Assembly (NCBI GenBank): GCA_964559765.1
Contig: CAZLHU010000001.1
Coordinates: 148,164-212,163, forward strand
DNA length: 64,000 nucleotides
Origin: an uncultured Candidatus Saccharibacteria bacterium
GTDB taxonomy: Bacteria > Patescibacteriota > Minisyncoccia > UBA6257 > Colwellbacteraceae
Direction of reading: 5' to 3'
Part shown: one piece after another, positions 38,899 through 48,566 of the stretch
Layout: each line of letters begins with the position of its first letter
Position numbering within the stretch: the stretch's first letter is position 1
Notes under the pieces: model-generated
Database searches by the model: none
Told to the model about the DNA's origin: nothing
The model's input: only the letters and a program-made list of their open reading frames with translations
Position numbers and translations under genes: made by a program

Positions 38899-40141
38899 AA
38901 CCAAGCTCTCCGAGATATTGCTCGAGCGGGGGTATGTGTATCAGCATACGGGAGAGACTCTTGAGGGGGTCGTTGATAAGGTCCCGAGGACTTTCTATTG
39001 GGGAGTCGATCCAAGCGGGGACTCGATGCAGGTCGGGCAGCTTATGGGCATCCTTGTGCTGCGCCGTTTCGTGGACGCGGGTCACAAACTGATAATGCTC
39101 GTCGGAGGCGGAACTGGGATGATCGGCGATCCGAGCGGAAAAAGTGCCGAGCGCACCTTTCTTTCCGATGAGTTGGTCGCCAGCAACGCCAAGGCTCTGA
39201 GGACCCAACTGTCGCGGTTCCTCGGAGGGGTGGATTTTGAGATGGTCAATAACGCTAAATGGCTATACAAGGTCAATCTGATGGAATTCTTGCGTGACAT
39301 AGGTAAGAACTTCACGATTAACGAAATGATAAAGCGCGACAACATTCGCCCGCGCCTCGAGACTCCCGATGCGAGTATCTCCTATACAGAGTTTACCTAC
39401 TCGCTCCTGCAGGCGTATGACTTCCTGCATCTGCACAACGACAAAAAATGCGATTTACAGATCGGCGGATCGGACCAATGGGGAAATATAGTTTCCGGCG
39501 TGGACCTAATACGACGCAAGACAGGTGACGTCGCGCATGCGTTCACATGGCCGCTTTTGATAGACAAGAAGACAGGAAAAAAATTCGGAAAGAGCGAAGC
39601 GGGTACGGTGTGGCTGGACGAGAAGAAGACGTCCGCCTCGGACTTCTATCAATTTTGGTTCAATGCGGACGACTCTGCGGTTGGAGAGCTTCTGTTTAAG
39701 ATGACGCTTCTCCCAAAATCAGAGATAGAGGCCACGCTAGCGGAGCATATGAAGGATGTTAGCAAGCGGCACGCACAAAGAGTGCTTGCCCGCACAGTGA
39801 CCGAGTTTGTGCATGGTGCAGATGGCCTTCGGATTGCTGAAAACAATAAAAACACATTGTTTGTTAAGGCCGCTGATGAAATTAACGAGGACGACGTGGC
39901 GATGCTTGAGCGAAGCGGTTTGTCCTATAAGATTAGCGTCGGAACGTCGCTGGTAGACGCACTCATGACCTCTAAACTTGCTTCTTCAAAGCGCGAGGCT
40001 AGGCAGTTCCTTGCAGACGGCGCAATCGTCTTGAACGGCGAGAAGGTGATGGATCGAGTATTGTCCGCCGCCGATTTTAAGAACGGCAATGCGATCTTGA
40101 AGCGTGGCAAACGCAACGTCGTCGTTCTCATATTAAAGTAA
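38873..40141 (+). CDS. tyrS: Tyrosine--tRNA ligase
   Basis: 'YWGVDPS', '[12 protein letters not shown]', '[11 protein letters not shown]', 'KFGKS', C-terminal S4 domain. Confidence 0.97.
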   Translation: MKSSKNLNKTKLSEILLERGYVYQHTGETLEGVVDKVPRTFYWGVDPSGDSMQVGQLMGILVLRRFVDAGHKLIMLVGGGTGMIGDPSGKSAERTFLSDELVASNAKALRTQLSRFLGGVDFEMVNNAKWLYKVNLMEFLRDIGKNFTINEMIKRDNIRPRLETPDASISYTEFTYSLLQAYDFLHLHNDKKCDLQIGGSDQWGNIVSGVDLIRRKTGDVAHAFTWPLLIDKKTGKKFGKSEAGTVWLDEKKTSASDFYQFWFNADDSAVGELLFKMTLLPKSEIEATLAEHMKDVSKRHAQRVLARTVTEFVHGADGLRIAENNKNTLFVKAADEINEDDVAMLERSGLSYKISVGTSLVDALMTSKLASSKREARQFLADGAIVLNGEKVMDRVLSAADFKNGNAILKRGKRNVVVLILK

Positions 40142-40168
40142 AAAAGAGCCCCTATTGGGGCTCTTTTT
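40141..40168 (+). terminator. Intrinsic (bidirectional-type) terminator
   Basis: AAAAAGAGCCCC-TATT-GGGGCTCTTTTT. Confidence 0.85.
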
Positions 40169-40263
40169 AGTCTGTCTTGCAGTATTTTATTCTGTGCGAT
40201 GTATTAAGGTTATGGGCCCAGAATAAAGATAAACAAAAAATATAAAACAAAATAAACCACTTT

Positions 40264-40286
40264 AGAGACGCCGATGAGGCGTCTCT
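40264..40286. terminator. Hairpin downstream of the convergent methyltransferase
   Basis: AGAGACGCC-GATGA-GGCGTCTCT. Confidence 0.55.
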
Positions 40287-40316
40287 TCTACCTTAAATTA
40301 TCCGGGTTCTTCTAGT

Positions 40317-41177
40317 CTATCTAATAAAGCGCGCATAGATACCCTCAGACACATATCTATCCGAATCGGTTTCTCTAATGCGCAATTCCCCAAACTCGCC
40401 GGTGGTTTCGCCGAAATAACTGTCGGTGAGTTGTTTAAGCGATAGGGGCGTATATCCTGCCGCATATCCATTTAATAAGAAGAAAGACCCGGGCTTGTTT
40501 GAAAATATAGCCTTAAGATCATTCAATAGCTCCGGCAGGTCGTCCTCGATTTTCCATACTTCGCCCTTTGGCCCGCGACCGAACGCCGGCGGGTCCAATA
40601 ATATCCCATCATACAACGAACCTCGGCGGACCTCGCGTTTTACGAATTTGATTGCGTCGTCGAGGATATACCTGATTCCGTCTTGAGGGGAGCCTGACAT
40701 AACGGCGTTCTCTTTGGCCCAAGAATTGCTCTGCTTCGACGCATCTAGGTGTGTGACTTTGGCTCCGGCCTTGGCGGCTACGATGCTCGCTATGCCGGTG
40801 TATCCGAATAGATTGAGCACATTAGGTTTTGTATCGGGATTTATACGCTCGTGCAACCACTCCCAATTTGGAGCTTGTTCTGGAAATACGCCGGTGTGCT
40901 TAAATGAAGTCAGTCTCAAGGCGAAGCGGACACCCTTCCAATTTATATCCCATTTATCGGGAAGATCTTTGTTCTTGTGCCACGAACCCTTGCCTTCGGA
41001 CCAACTGAACTCCGCTGTGACTTTGTTCCACATCTCCGGATGTTTCGGCTTCCATATCGCCTGGGTATCTGGTCGGGCTACGATTACGGATCCATATCTC
41101 TCTAGTTTACGGTTATTGCCTGAGTCCAATAACTCGTAATCTTTCCAAGAATCGGCTGTAAGATTGACGTTTTCCAT
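40317..41177 (-). CDS. Class I SAM-dependent methyltransferase (RlmI/RlmK-like)
   Basis: 'YELLDSG..RKLER', 'HTGVFPEQ', 'VLNLFGYTG', 'LDPPAFGRG'. Confidence 0.9.
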   Translation of the reverse strand: MENVNLTADSWKDYELLDSGNNRKLERYGSVIVARPDTQAIWKPKHPEMWNKVTAEFSWSEGKGSWHKNKDLPDKWDINWKGVRFALRLTSFKHTGVFPEQAPNWEWLHERINPDTKPNVLNLFGYTGIASIVAAKAGAKVTHLDASKQSNSWAKENAVMSGSPQDGIRYILDDAIKFVKREVRRGSLYDGILLDPPAFGRGPKGEVWKIEDDLPELLNDLKAIFSNKPGSFFLLNGYAAGYTPLSLKQLTDSYFGETTGEFGELRIRETDSDRYVSEGIYARFIR

Positions 41178-41186
41178 TAAGATAAA

Positions 41187-41954
41187 TTAGCCCTTTTTCT
41201 CTTTAAGTGCGTTAGCATGACCTACGCTCCATTGATACAGAACAACTGCGGTCGAAGCGGCGGCGTTCAATGACTCGCATCTTGGGTTCATTGGTATGCG
41301 CAGAGATACGTCGCATAATTCCAACGTCTTCTCTCTTATGCCGCTGCCTTCATTTCCCACCACAAACAGAGCCGGAGAATCAAAGATCTCTTTTGATAGG
41401 CTTCGCGATCCCTCCATGGCTAGGCCGTATATTTTAAACCCCATCTCTTTAAGATGGCTTATGGTGTAATTAACATTGCCTATTGCGATTAGGGGTATCC
41501 GGAAAGCCATGCCCGCCGATGTTTTTACGACTGCGCCGGTTATCGGTGCCTGATTGTGCGAAGGTATTAATACTCCGGATATTCCAAAGGCCGCAGCGGA
41601 ACGTATTATCGCGCCTACATTATGCGGGTCGGTCAGTTCGTCTAGGATAACAAGTGCGGTATCTTTGTCTGGTTTAAGTTCGGACGCAAAACTGGCGAAG
41701 TCGACGAGCATATTGTACGAGTCGACTACCGCGATCACCCCTTGATGGGATATGTCTTGCCCCACCATACGTGAAGCCTCCTTGGTTTTAATGACCGCTA
41801 CTGGGATTTGCAGCCTTTTTAAGGAATCCCTGAGATCCTTATCCTCGATTTCGGGGGACAGGAAAACTTTCCTGATCACGTCGGGCTTATTCCTTATCGC
41901 TTCATTGAGGGCGTGCTTGCCGTATATATATGTTTTTTCGTGTTCTCGTCTCAT
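41187..41954 (-). CDS. rlmB: 23S rRNA 2'-O-methyltransferase, TrmH/SPOUT family
   Basis: 'HQGVIA', 'DPHNVGAIIRSA', 'GNEGSG', 'SLNAA'. Confidence 0.9.
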   Translation of the reverse strand: MRREHEKTYIYGKHALNEAIRNKPDVIRKVFLSPEIEDKDLRDSLKRLQIPVAVIKTKEASRMVGQDISHQGVIAVVDSYNMLVDFASFASELKPDKDTALVILDELTDPHNVGAIIRSAAAFGISGVLIPSHNQAPITGAVVKTSAGMAFRIPLIAIGNVNYTISHLKEMGFKIYGLAMEGSRSLSKEIFDSPALFVVGNEGSGIREKTLELCDVSLRIPMNPRCESLNAAASTAVVLYQWSVGHANALKEKKG

Positions 41955-42093
41955 ATCTCGGATAATTCTATATCACAACGATACCCTTTATCCTAGGCTC
42001 AAGACAACTATTTAGGCACAAAGCCGAGTTGTTTATATAAATAAGCCTTCCACCATTTTCATGCCCTTAAATCTGGTATAATTAACTTGCATA

Positions 42094-43467
42094 ATGTTGA
42101 GCAAACCAAATAAGAGGCTTTTGTATTTGAATGTATTCTTGTTCGCTGGTTTTGCTTTGTTATTGAGCGCTTCAGCTTTTGGTGGTCCCAATGGATCACC
42201 CCCTTCAAGCGCTGGTGTAGGTATATTGCCGGTATCCTACGGCGGAACCGGTGCTACAACCACAGCTTCGGCCCGAGCTGCTTTAGGTGTAGCAGCCTCA
42301 GGAGCGAACTCAGATATAACTTCTTTATCCGCTCTAACAACTCCATTGCCTGCAAGCGAAGGCGGCACCGGAATATCTGCGATAGGAAGTTCGGGAAACG
42401 TTCTTACATCAAACGGCACGACCTGGACCATCTCTGGATTGTCCAGTAGCGGCCACGTCGTGACTTCGGGCGGAGCCCCTACAGCCTCGGGCTATAACGG
42501 TACGGCTAATTTCGGTTATGCCGGCGCTGTACAGTCTTGGACGGTCCCCAGTGGCGTTAGTTCGATAACAATCACGGCCTATGGGGGCCAAGGAGGAGGT
42601 GGTGGTGCCGGCGGTGAAGCCGTGGCGACGCTCCCCGTCACTGTCGGTTCAACGTACTATATCAGCGTCGGTCAGGCTGGAGTCGGCCCAATCAGCGGCG
42701 GAGGTTCATCGTCTGGGGGAGGTGGTGGTGGAATGACGTGGTTTAGTAACCAAAATAGTTTTTCTCAAGGGGCGGTCATGTTAGTTGCGGGTGGCGGCGG
42801 AGGCTCCGCTGGTAACTGGTCCACAAACAGTGGTCCTTCTGAGCCAGGAGGCGCGGGGGGTTATGGCGGCGGAGGCACCGGAGGAGGTAGTAATGGTTCG
42901 CAAGACGGAGGCGGCGGAGGTGGGGGCGGTTATTGGGGAGGAAACGCTTGCACAGCAGGTACGCAAACCTCTGGTTACGCTGCTGGACAGGGTGTGACCG
43001 GTGGTTATGACTCGGGGGGAATTCAACCCGCCGGCGGAGGAGGCGGAGGAGGCGGAGGAGGTTCATCAGGCAGCGCTGGAACTCAGCAATATTGGGGCGG
43101 TTCTTATGGGGCGTGTGGAGGAGGCGGCGGTTCGGGTTATATATCGTCGAGCGCAGGCTTCACAAGTAGTAGCATGTACAACAACGTAAATGGAGGAAAC
43201 GGGAGCTTGGTTATAACTTACAGCCAATCGAGTCCATGGACCATAGCCGGCACCGATACGGATGGAATCGTTACTGTTAGTCCGGGCTCGATAACCGCGG
43301 TAGCCCTTAATTTTGCACAGCCATTTACCAACCCCCCTTCTTGTTCAGCGGTATCCTACAATGGTAGTTCGGTCTACGTATCTTCTGTGACCACGAACGT
43401 GGTGACATTTGGTTTTTCTTCTTCTATCGGCGGGTCGCAATTCAACTATATATGTCTCGGGCATTAG
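42094..43467 (+). CDS. Secreted glycine-rich fibre/adhesin-like protein, paralog 1
   Basis: Signal peptide ending ASA|FGGP, GGTG repeats, poly-Gly core, C-terminal 'PSC...NYICL'. Confidence 0.85.
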   Translation: MLSKPNKRLLYLNVFLFAGFALLLSASAFGGPNGSPPSSAGVGILPVSYGGTGATTTASARAALGVAASGANSDITSLSALTTPLPASEGGTGISAIGSSGNVLTSNGTTWTISGLSSSGHVVTSGGAPTASGYNGTANFGYAGAVQSWTVPSGVSSITITAYGGQGGGGGAGGEAVATLPVTVGSTYYISVGQAGVGPISGGGSSSGGGGGGMTWFSNQNSFSQGAVMLVAGGGGGSAGNWSTNSGPSEPGGAGGYGGGGTGGGSNGSQDGGGGGGGGYWGGNACTAGTQTSGYAAGQGVTGGYDSGGIQPAGGGGGGGGGGSSGSAGTQQYWGGSYGACGGGGGSGYISSSAGFTSSSMYNNVNGGNGSLVITYSQSSPWTIAGTDTDGIVTVSPGSITAVALNFAQPFTNPPSCSAVSYNGSSVYVSSVTTNVVTFGFSSSIGGSQFNYICLGH

Positions 43468-43478
43468 TTTTAAATAAC

Positions 43479-44798
43479 ATGTTGAACAGAATAAGCAAAA
43501 AATTTATATACGCAATTCCCATACTGATGGTTGTATTTGGCCTAACTATGATCGCATCAGCGTTCAGCGGGCCGGGCACTGTTCCCCCACCCACTGGTAC
43601 CGCAACTTCGTCCGCCGTGTTATCAGTATCTCAAGGCGGAACCGGCGCATCAACAATTGCCGGAGCCGCGTCTGCTATAGGCGGAGCCTTTTCCGGGCCA
43701 AACTCTAATATATCTTATTTAAGTGGGCTCACTACGGTCCTTCCGAGAATTGAAGGGGGTACTGGCGTAGCTTCCGTCGGCCCTTCGGGCAATATACTTA
43801 CCTCTAACGGCAGCGGTGTTTGGCTTAGCCAAACACCGTCTTTCGGGTCCAATGGGAGTATCACTACAAGTGGAAGCACTCCTACCGGCTCTCAAATAGT
43901 AAGTTCCACCTACACGTCGTCATACAGTTCTAATGGCAGCTTTACAGTTCCTGCGGGCGTGGGATCGATAACCATAACGGCCTACGGTGCGGCTGGTGGA
44001 ACCGCTTATAATGGCGGTGCCGGATACGGCGGGGAGGCGTGGGGAACGCTTGCAGTTACGTCTGGTTCAACTTATTACATCGGATTCAACGGAATGACTT
44101 GGATTTCTCTGAACTCTGTCTTCGACGGCAGCGCAATTTTGGTTGCGGGCGGCGGCGGATCCGCTGGTCCTTGGTCTTGCGGCGGCGGCGGAGGGGGAAG
44201 TAGCGGCGGCGGTGGTTGCCAGAGCCATTTCGGCTACCCTGGCGGCGGCGGTGGAACTCAAAGCGGCGGCGGATCCGGCGGAGGTAGCCCATGTCAGGGC
44301 TATGCCAACAGCGGTGGATTCGGTGCCGGTGGAGCGGGTCGTTGTGGTTATGGTAGTTGCGGCGGTAACGGTGGAAATGGTTGGTATGGAGGCGGAGGAG
44401 GAGGAATAGACTGTTCTGAATATTGGAGCGGCGGAGGAGGGGGTTCGAGTTACCTTTCTCCGTGGCTTAGCGGAGCTGGCACGTCTGGCGGCGTGAACTC
44501 CGGCGGCGGAGCATTGCAAATAAGCTATGTCCTACCAAATGGCGGCGGATCAAATCCACAATATGGTTCAGCGACCATAGTCGGCAACGATAATGACGGC
44601 ACGATAACCATGCCAAACATGACGGTTCCAAGTTTCACAATAACGTTTTCCCAAGCCTTCTCCAGAGCTCCGTCATGCGTAGCATCGGCCTCTAACGGCG
44701 CAACTGTTTCTATAGGTTCAGAGAGCACAACAGCGGTGACATTCACGTTTTCGTCCTCGGTCGGCAACGCCGCAGTCAATTATATGTGCCTGGATTAA
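43479..44798 (+). CDS. Secreted glycine-rich fibre/adhesin-like protein, paralog 2
   Basis: Same architecture; start reset to MLNRISKK; Cys-rich Gly core. Confidence 0.85.
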   Translation: MLNRISKKFIYAIPILMVVFGLTMIASAFSGPGTVPPPTGTATSSAVLSVSQGGTGASTIAGAASAIGGAFSGPNSNISYLSGLTTVLPRIEGGTGVASVGPSGNILTSNGSGVWLSQTPSFGSNGSITTSGSTPTGSQIVSSTYTSSYSSNGSFTVPAGVGSITITAYGAAGGTAYNGGAGYGGEAWGTLAVTSGSTYYIGFNGMTWISLNSVFDGSAILVAGGGGSAGPWSCGGGGGGSSGGGGCQSHFGYPGGGGGTQSGGGSGGGSPCQGYANSGGFGAGGAGRCGYGSCGGNGGNGWYGGGGGGIDCSEYWSGGGGGSSYLSPWLSGAGTSGGVNSGGGALQISYVLPNGGGSNPQYGSATIVGNDNDGTITMPNMTVPSFTITFSQAFSRAPSCVASASNGATVSIGSESTTAVTFTFSSSVGNAAVNYMCLD

Positions 44799-44818
44799 AA
44801 TGAAAAATCTCATCAATA

Positions 44819-46246
44819 ATGAGTAGGTTGAATAAGAGTTTAATATATATTAATACGGTATTCGTAATCGGTATCGCTTGCACTTTAGCCGCGGTCGCAT
44901 TCAGCGGCCCACCAGCCGGGGTCCCTCCGGCAAATAACGCAACCTATGTTTTGCCGATATCTTTGGGTGGGACGGGGGCGACAACAGTCGCTGGCGTAAG
45001 GGGTAACTTGGGATTGGCTGCGTCCGGAGCCAATTCGGATATAATATCGCTTACTGGGCTGACCGCTCCATTATCCGTATCTGAAGGAGGCACGGGCCTG
45101 TCCTCGGTCGGCGCTTCGGGAAATGTCCTAACTTCCAATGGTACGTCGTGGGTAAGTTCGCCGCCACCAGCATTGGGCTCTAGTGGAAATATAGTTACTT
45201 CTGGTGGAACGCCTACCGCCCTTCAGGGCACTGCCCCGGGAAATTATGCATATTCATATACCGGTAGCCTGCAGTCATTTACTGTTCCGGCGGGGGTGAA
45301 TTCATTGACTATAACCGCCAATGGTTCTCAAGGGGGTAATAGTGGAGGATATGGCGCACAGGTGGTTGGAACCCTTTCAGTGAGTCCTGGCAGTACGTAT
45401 TATTTCAACATCGGCGGTACAAATGGATATAGTGGCGGCGGATCTGGCGGCGGCGGAGGATATAGCGGCAGTGGCGGCGCCGGGGGAGGTATGACATGGT
45501 TTTCTCCGGATAGCTCATACGACAGTAATGTTCTATTGGTCGCGGCTGGCGGCGGCGGAACCGCTGGGGCTAGCACTCCAGGTGGCTATACTGGCGGCGG
45601 CGGCAGCGCCGGAGGGACTTCTGGTTCGGGCGGCGGAGGGCCTGGGCCATATAATATTGACGGTTATGGCGGCGGTGGAGCCACTATGTCTAGCGGCGGT
45701 GGTGGAGGAGCTGCTGACAGTGACGGTCTAGGCGCCGGTGGCGGAACTGCTGGTAGTTTGTCCGCCGGTGGCGCAGGTGGTGGCGGTGGATTCAATAACT
45801 CGGGCGGCGGCGGAGGAGGCGGAGGAGGATATTATGGCGGCGGCGGAGGAGGAGGCGGCGGATCACAGGGTGGTGGCATAGATGGCGGCGGCGGTGGAGG
45901 CGGAGGAGGAGTCTCATATATATCGAGCAATAGCTCCCTTTCTAGCACAAGTGATACAGCCGGAGTTAACTCCGGTAATGGGAGCCTAACAATAGTTGTC
46001 AGCCAAACTTTGCCAATTACCGTCGTAGGTAATGACAGCGACGGAGTCGTGACCCTTCCTAATTTAAGCAGCGTCACTTATGCGACCTTAAGTTTCGCAA
46101 CCCCGTTCTCAAGGGTGCCTTCATGTGTCGGTTCAACCTTTAATGGAATAAGCGTATTCGAATCCTCCGTTAGTATGAGTTCGGTAACATTCGGTTTTTC
46201 GGGCAATATGGCCAATGCGTCATTCAACTACGTTTGTGTGGATTAG
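44819..46246 (+). CDS. Secreted glycine-rich fibre/adhesin-like protein, paralog 3
   Basis: Same architecture; longest poly-Gly tracts; no Cys in the core. Confidence 0.85.
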   Translation: MSRLNKSLIYINTVFVIGIACTLAAVAFSGPPAGVPPANNATYVLPISLGGTGATTVAGVRGNLGLAASGANSDIISLTGLTAPLSVSEGGTGLSSVGASGNVLTSNGTSWVSSPPPALGSSGNIVTSGGTPTALQGTAPGNYAYSYTGSLQSFTVPAGVNSLTITANGSQGGNSGGYGAQVVGTLSVSPGSTYYFNIGGTNGYSGGGSGGGGGYSGSGGAGGGMTWFSPDSSYDSNVLLVAAGGGGTAGASTPGGYTGGGGSAGGTSGSGGGGPGPYNIDGYGGGGATMSSGGGGGAADSDGLGAGGGTAGSLSAGGAGGGGGFNNSGGGGGGGGGYYGGGGGGGGGSQGGGIDGGGGGGGGGVSYISSNSSLSSTSDTAGVNSGNGSLTIVVSQTLPITVVGNDSDGVVTLPNLSSVTYATLSFATPFSRVPSCVGSTFNGISVFESSVSMSSVTFGFSGNMANASFNYVCVD

Positions 46247-46287
46247 AACGATTTGGCACAGCTTATTTATTCACTTACACAATTAAA

Positions 46288-46315
46288 GCAAAAACCCCAT
46301 TTTCTGGGGTTTTGC
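46288..46315. terminator. Bidirectional-type terminator
   Basis: GCAAAAACCCCA / TGGGGTTTTGC between convergent genes. Confidence 0.75.
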
Positions 46316-46323
46316 GTTTTGAA

Positions 46324-46914
46324 TTATTTATTTTCTCGAGCTTCTTTAAGGATTTTAGCCCACCAAGTCAGCTGGTTAAGTAGATTATCTGCACCGACTT
46401 TTTGTGCGTCCATGGCTCCTGGTTTTATGACCCCATCTGCATCGACAAGATTCCAAGAGAATGGGATGTGTATGCCGTTTCTTATCGGTACCATCTGAAG
46501 CTCGATAACGACCTGTCTTAACTGTTGCACTGCCCTGGTTCCAGCGGATACACCGCCCCAACTTATAAAAGCGACGGGTTTATTGTTCCATTCCGAATAG
46601 ACATAGTCTAGTGCGTTCTTCAGAACTGCTGGATAGCCGTGGTTGTATTCCGGCGTGGCTATTATATACGCATCGGCTTCGCCTATTTTCTGGGCCCACT
46701 TCGCAGCGAGCTCGTTGGAATATTTGCCTTTCGACATGGCTGGAGACACGGGTTCGTCGAAGAACGGCAATGGGTAGTCGCGAAGATCCAACAGCTCCAC
46801 TTCCAACCCCTCCTTCTCTTTGGCTATCTCGTACATCCAATTTGCGAATTTGTCGCCGAATCTGCCCTGTCGGGTGCTCCCTAATATTATTTGTACTTTT
46901 ATCTTGTTATCCAT
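46324..46914 (-). CDS. NADPH-dependent FMN reductase
   Basis: 'ILGSTRQGR', 'TPEYNHGYPAVLKNALD', 'WNNKP'. Confidence 0.95.
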   Translation of the reverse strand: MDNKIKVQIILGSTRQGRFGDKFANWMYEIAKEKEGLEVELLDLRDYPLPFFDEPVSPAMSKGKYSNELAAKWAQKIGEADAYIIATPEYNHGYPAVLKNALDYVYSEWNNKPVAFISWGGVSAGTRAVQQLRQVVIELQMVPIRNGIHIPFSWNLVDADGVIKPGAMDAQKVGADNLLNQLTWWAKILKEARENK

Positions 46915-47213
46915 TATTTCCTCTTTTTATTTTTACACTTATCCATGTCGTTGATCATACTTCTCAATAGATTTAAGGCGTGTTCGGTGTTAACTGTGTA
47001 GAAAACCTCTTGACCGCTACGCTCGTCCATGACGATCTTATAGGACTTAAGCGTTTTTAGGTGCTGTGACACCGCCGGCTGGGAGAGCTTAACTATTTTG
47101 ACCAATTCGCCTACGGTTTTACGTCCTTTCAAAAGAGACTCAATAATTCTATAACGGGCTTTGTTGCTCAGCGCCTTGCCGAAATTGTTTATTTCCAAGC
47201 ATAAATCTGACAT
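46914..47213 (-). CDS. ArsR/SmtB family transcriptional regulator
   Basis: 'KALSNKARYRII', 'SQPAVSQHLKTL', 'G.EVFY'; Cys near both termini. Confidence 0.93.
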   Translation of the reverse strand: MSDLCLEINNFGKALSNKARYRIIESLLKGRKTVGELVKIVKLSQPAVSQHLKTLKSYKIVMDERSGQEVFYTVNTEHALNLLRSMINDMDKCKNKKRK

Positions 47214-47221
47214 GCGTAGAT

Positions 47222-47250
47222 ATATTAGTATTTACTTATATGTTAGTCAA
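47222..47250 (-). promoter_or_regulatory. Promoter with overlapping ArsR-type operator
   Basis: TTGACT-17-TAATAT on the minus strand; 9-2-9 inverted repeat ATATTAGTA-TT-TACTTATAT at 47222-47241. Confidence 0.7.
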
Positions 47251-47277
47251 TGTGCATATCTGTGGAAATCAGGGAAT

Positions 47278-47511
47278 AAAAAACGGCAAGGTTTGACCCT
47301 GTGCCGTCCGAGCTGACAAGTGGAGAAGCCGAAACTGCTCCATAGTTTGCTCTATCCGGGCTAAGTAGCGCGTGCCCATAGAAGTAAATGGCGGGCGACA
47401 ATCATCTGCCTTAGACTGGATTAGTGATGTTTTTAAGGATCTGAGAAAAGATTCTATATGAGAGAGGGCGTATTCCCGTCTCTGCTACCAGACCATCACC
47501 TGATCGATAGT
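47278..47511 (-). ncRNA. Candidate ~230-nt structured ncRNA, unassigned
   Basis: TTGACA-17-TTTACT upstream; several hairpins including a UUCG loop; terminator stem plus U6; no credible ORF. Confidence 0.5.
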
Positions 47512-47620
47512 GACTAAAGTAAACCATAAAACTCCATATTTGTCAATAGGGTTTGTGCCGGATAATGAAAAAGTCCCTAGTTTAGAGGGTTATTCGACGC
47601 ATATGGGCCAAGAATGGCGA

Positions 47621-48478
47621 CTATCTATCAGTGATAAGCGCCAATAGAACGATTGATATAATAACCAAGGAGAAGCCTATCCATTGATGGCGTCCGAGCC
47701 TTTCTTTATTAAATGCTAGTCCAAGGGTCCCCGCGAATGCTATATAACCCTCACTGATTCCGGTTGCGATGGCTATGGGGATGAATAGCATTGCGTAGGA
47801 GAACGCCACCCAAGCAAGGTTGTCGAAGAAACTTACGCCCAGGATTAACAGCTTCTCTCCTTTGAGGCTGTCGCTAATATCCTTCATCTGTGAGGTGGAT
47901 GTTAGATACACAAGGGCAACGATTGCGATAAAAACACTGGTGAACCAATTTATCATGAATGGACTCGTTTCCCTAGCCCCCACCCCGAATAAAAAATTGA
48001 CTACTCCGATTCCGACTGTTGCGAAAAGCGCTTGCCACACCCCCCTCTCCGCACGGATCTTCTTAAGTGAGTTGAATGATGTTGTAGAAATGAGAAAGAT
48101 ACCGACCATAAGGATGGCTATGAGAATAATCTGCAACACACTTAGTTGTTCATGGATTACATATGCTGCCAGAACAGCCGCTATGGGAATTTCCAAGGCG
48201 TACATGGGTTCTATAACGGAGATCTTACCAATCCTCAACGCCTCAAAATCAAGCAGGCCCGCGAATAAAATAACAACGCTGGCTATCAGCAACAGTGCCC
48301 CGTGGGCGCTCAATGAGGAGGCGATATCTTTATATACGAAGGGGAATAAGACAATTGATCCGAATGCTGTGATGTAAAAAAGGGCGACCCAATCCCCAAA
48401 TCTCCGAGTACTTTTCTGGATCAAAAAATCTCCCAATCCCCATGAGAATAATGCGACTAATGCAAGAAGGATGCCCAT
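47621..48478 (-). CDS. EamA/DMT family transporter
   Basis: About 10 TM in two repeats; 'WGLGDF', 'ALRIGKISVIEP', 'KERL'. Confidence 0.9.
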   Translation of the reverse strand: MGILLALVALFSWGLGDFLIQKSTRRFGDWVALFYITAFGSIVLFPFVYKDIASSLSAHGALLLIASVVILFAGLLDFEALRIGKISVIEPMYALEIPIAAVLAAYVIHEQLSVLQIILIAILMVGIFLISTTSFNSLKKIRAERGVWQALFATVGIGVVNFLFGVGARETSPFMINWFTSVFIAIVALVYLTSTSQMKDISDSLKGEKLLILGVSFFDNLAWVAFSYAMLFIPIAIATGISEGYIAFAGTLGLAFNKERLGRHQWIGFSLVIISIVLLALITDR

Positions 48479-48495
48479 TGTATAGATTCTCGCTG

Positions 48496-48566
48496 CGGGG
48501 GTACCAGGATTCGAACCTGGGTCAGACGTTTTGGAGACGTCCGTCCTACCACTGAACGATACCCCC
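48496..48566 (-). tRNA. tRNA-Trp(CCA)
   Basis: GGGGGTA acceptor stem, GACGT-CT-CCA-AA-ACGTC, GTTCGAATC. Confidence 0.96.

Noticed and set aside
40169-40263. Possible small RNA between the two hairpins after tyrS
   Set aside because: The segment is A-rich and unstructured with no convincing promoter; the hairpins are adequately explained as terminators of convergent genes.
42094-46246. Diversity-generating retroelement acting on the Gly-rich genes
   Set aside because: No reverse transcriptase is in the window and I saw no template/variable repeat pair differing only at adenines.
47278-47511. FMN riboswitch upstream of the arsR-FMN reductase operon
   Set aside because: The RFN consensus blocks (AGGGCGGGGUG, CCCGACCG, GGAUGGGAG) are absent; kept only as an unassigned RNA candidate.
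48496-48566. Alternative genetic code (UGA recoding as in Gracilibacteria/Absconditabacteria)
   Set aside because: Long conserved genes are open under code 11, TGA terminates genes such as ruvC, yebC and the pilus ATPase, and no tRNA with a TCA anticodon is in the window.
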